NCBI GenBank assembly: GCA_039797095.1
Contig: JBDKIN010000202.1
Span: 2,729 to 66,728, forward strand
Length of the DNA stretch: 64,000 nucleotides
Reading direction: 5' to 3'
Source: Verrucomicrobiota bacterium
Lineage (GTDB): Bacteria > Verrucomicrobiota > Verrucomicrobiia > Opitutales > UBA953
Position numbers and translations under genes: made by a program. Shown here in pieces: positions 63,673 through 64,000 of the stretch (the stretch's first letter is position 1; each line of letters opens with the position of its first letter). The notes beneath the pieces are model-generated. The model was not told the origin of the DNA and did not search any database. It saw nothing but the letters and a program-made list of their open reading frames with translations.

Positions 63673-64000
63673 TTATTCGTAGGTCAGTTGTGCGGATAGG
63701 ACGCCGTCCTCGTCGGAGACGAAGCGGACCCAGTAGGCGTTCAGCCAGGATTCGAAGGCATGCGTGACTTCCGCGCCGGCCGCGACCTCGATGGTGCGAT
63801 AAGCAGAGGTGCGTCCGTCGCCGGCGACGTCGAGCAGCACCGACACCCGCACGGGCTTGGCGCCGTGATTCGTCAGTTTGAGGGTCTTCTTGTCGTACCC
63901 GGTCATGAGATAGGGGTCGGAGGGCGTGCCTTTCTGGACGGCGGTATTCTTCCAGGGGCCGCCGTGGCCGCGCGGCTTGCCGAGCTTCCAGAGGTCGTCG
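63673..64000 (-). CDS. Hypothetical protein (5' partial, runs off window end)
   Basis: Frame stays open upstream of the listed Met (…PYLMTGYDKK…) to the window edge. No family recognised. Confidence 0.4.
   Translation of the reverse strand, partial: DDLWKLGKPRGHGGPWKNTAVQKGTPSDPYLMTGYDKKTLKLTNHGAKPVRVSVLLDVAGDGRTSAYRTIEVAAGAEVTHAFESWLNAYWVRFVSDEDGVLSAQLTYE

Overview
GC-rich bacterial chromosomal segment. The gene content (DUF1552, DUF1080, ThuA, an Amuc_1100-type pilus-like cluster) points to Verrucomicrobiota, possibly Opitutales-like; this placement is inference. I call about 62 CDS and 2 tRNAs. I see no rRNA, CRISPR array, transposase or integrase. Housekeeping genes present: recA with a GAAC-N4-GTTC LexA-type box, pdhABC, ptsH, def, accBC, aroB, ftsY, ribH, ribBA, folE2 and a phospho-sugar mutase. 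Between them lie envelope and uncharacterised modules. (1) A tightly packed five-gene pilus-like/secretin operon of the Akkermansia Amuc_1102..Amuc_1098 type, with no pilin, ATPase or platform gene nearby. (2) A translationally coupled ABC ATPase / ABC-2 permease / GldG-like / DUF4340 / approx 900-aa AsmA-like operon, directly upstream of accB-accC. (3) Three tandem GYF(DUF4339)-plus-Yip1-like membrane paralogs, then DUF2752 and an exported non-specific nuclease, starting 13 nt after tRNA-Arg. (4) Two tandem paralogous coiled-coil proteins downstream of a CvpA-like protein and a NahK-like kinase. (5) A NusB gene whose N-terminus is a ribosomal protein S10 (NusE)-like domain with a shortened ribosome-binding loop; this natural NusE-NusB fusion is the single-gene observation I rate highest. 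Other points: a RibBA whose GTP cyclohydrolase II half has lost its Zn-ligand cysteines, a 468-bp non-coding region with heptamer arrays and a perfect hairpin, and AT-rich palindromes in two divergent promoter regions. Many long Arg/Ala/Pro/Gly-rich ORFs in the six-frame track are GC-driven shadow ORFs and are not called. All family assignments rest on motif recognition by eye; no searches were run.
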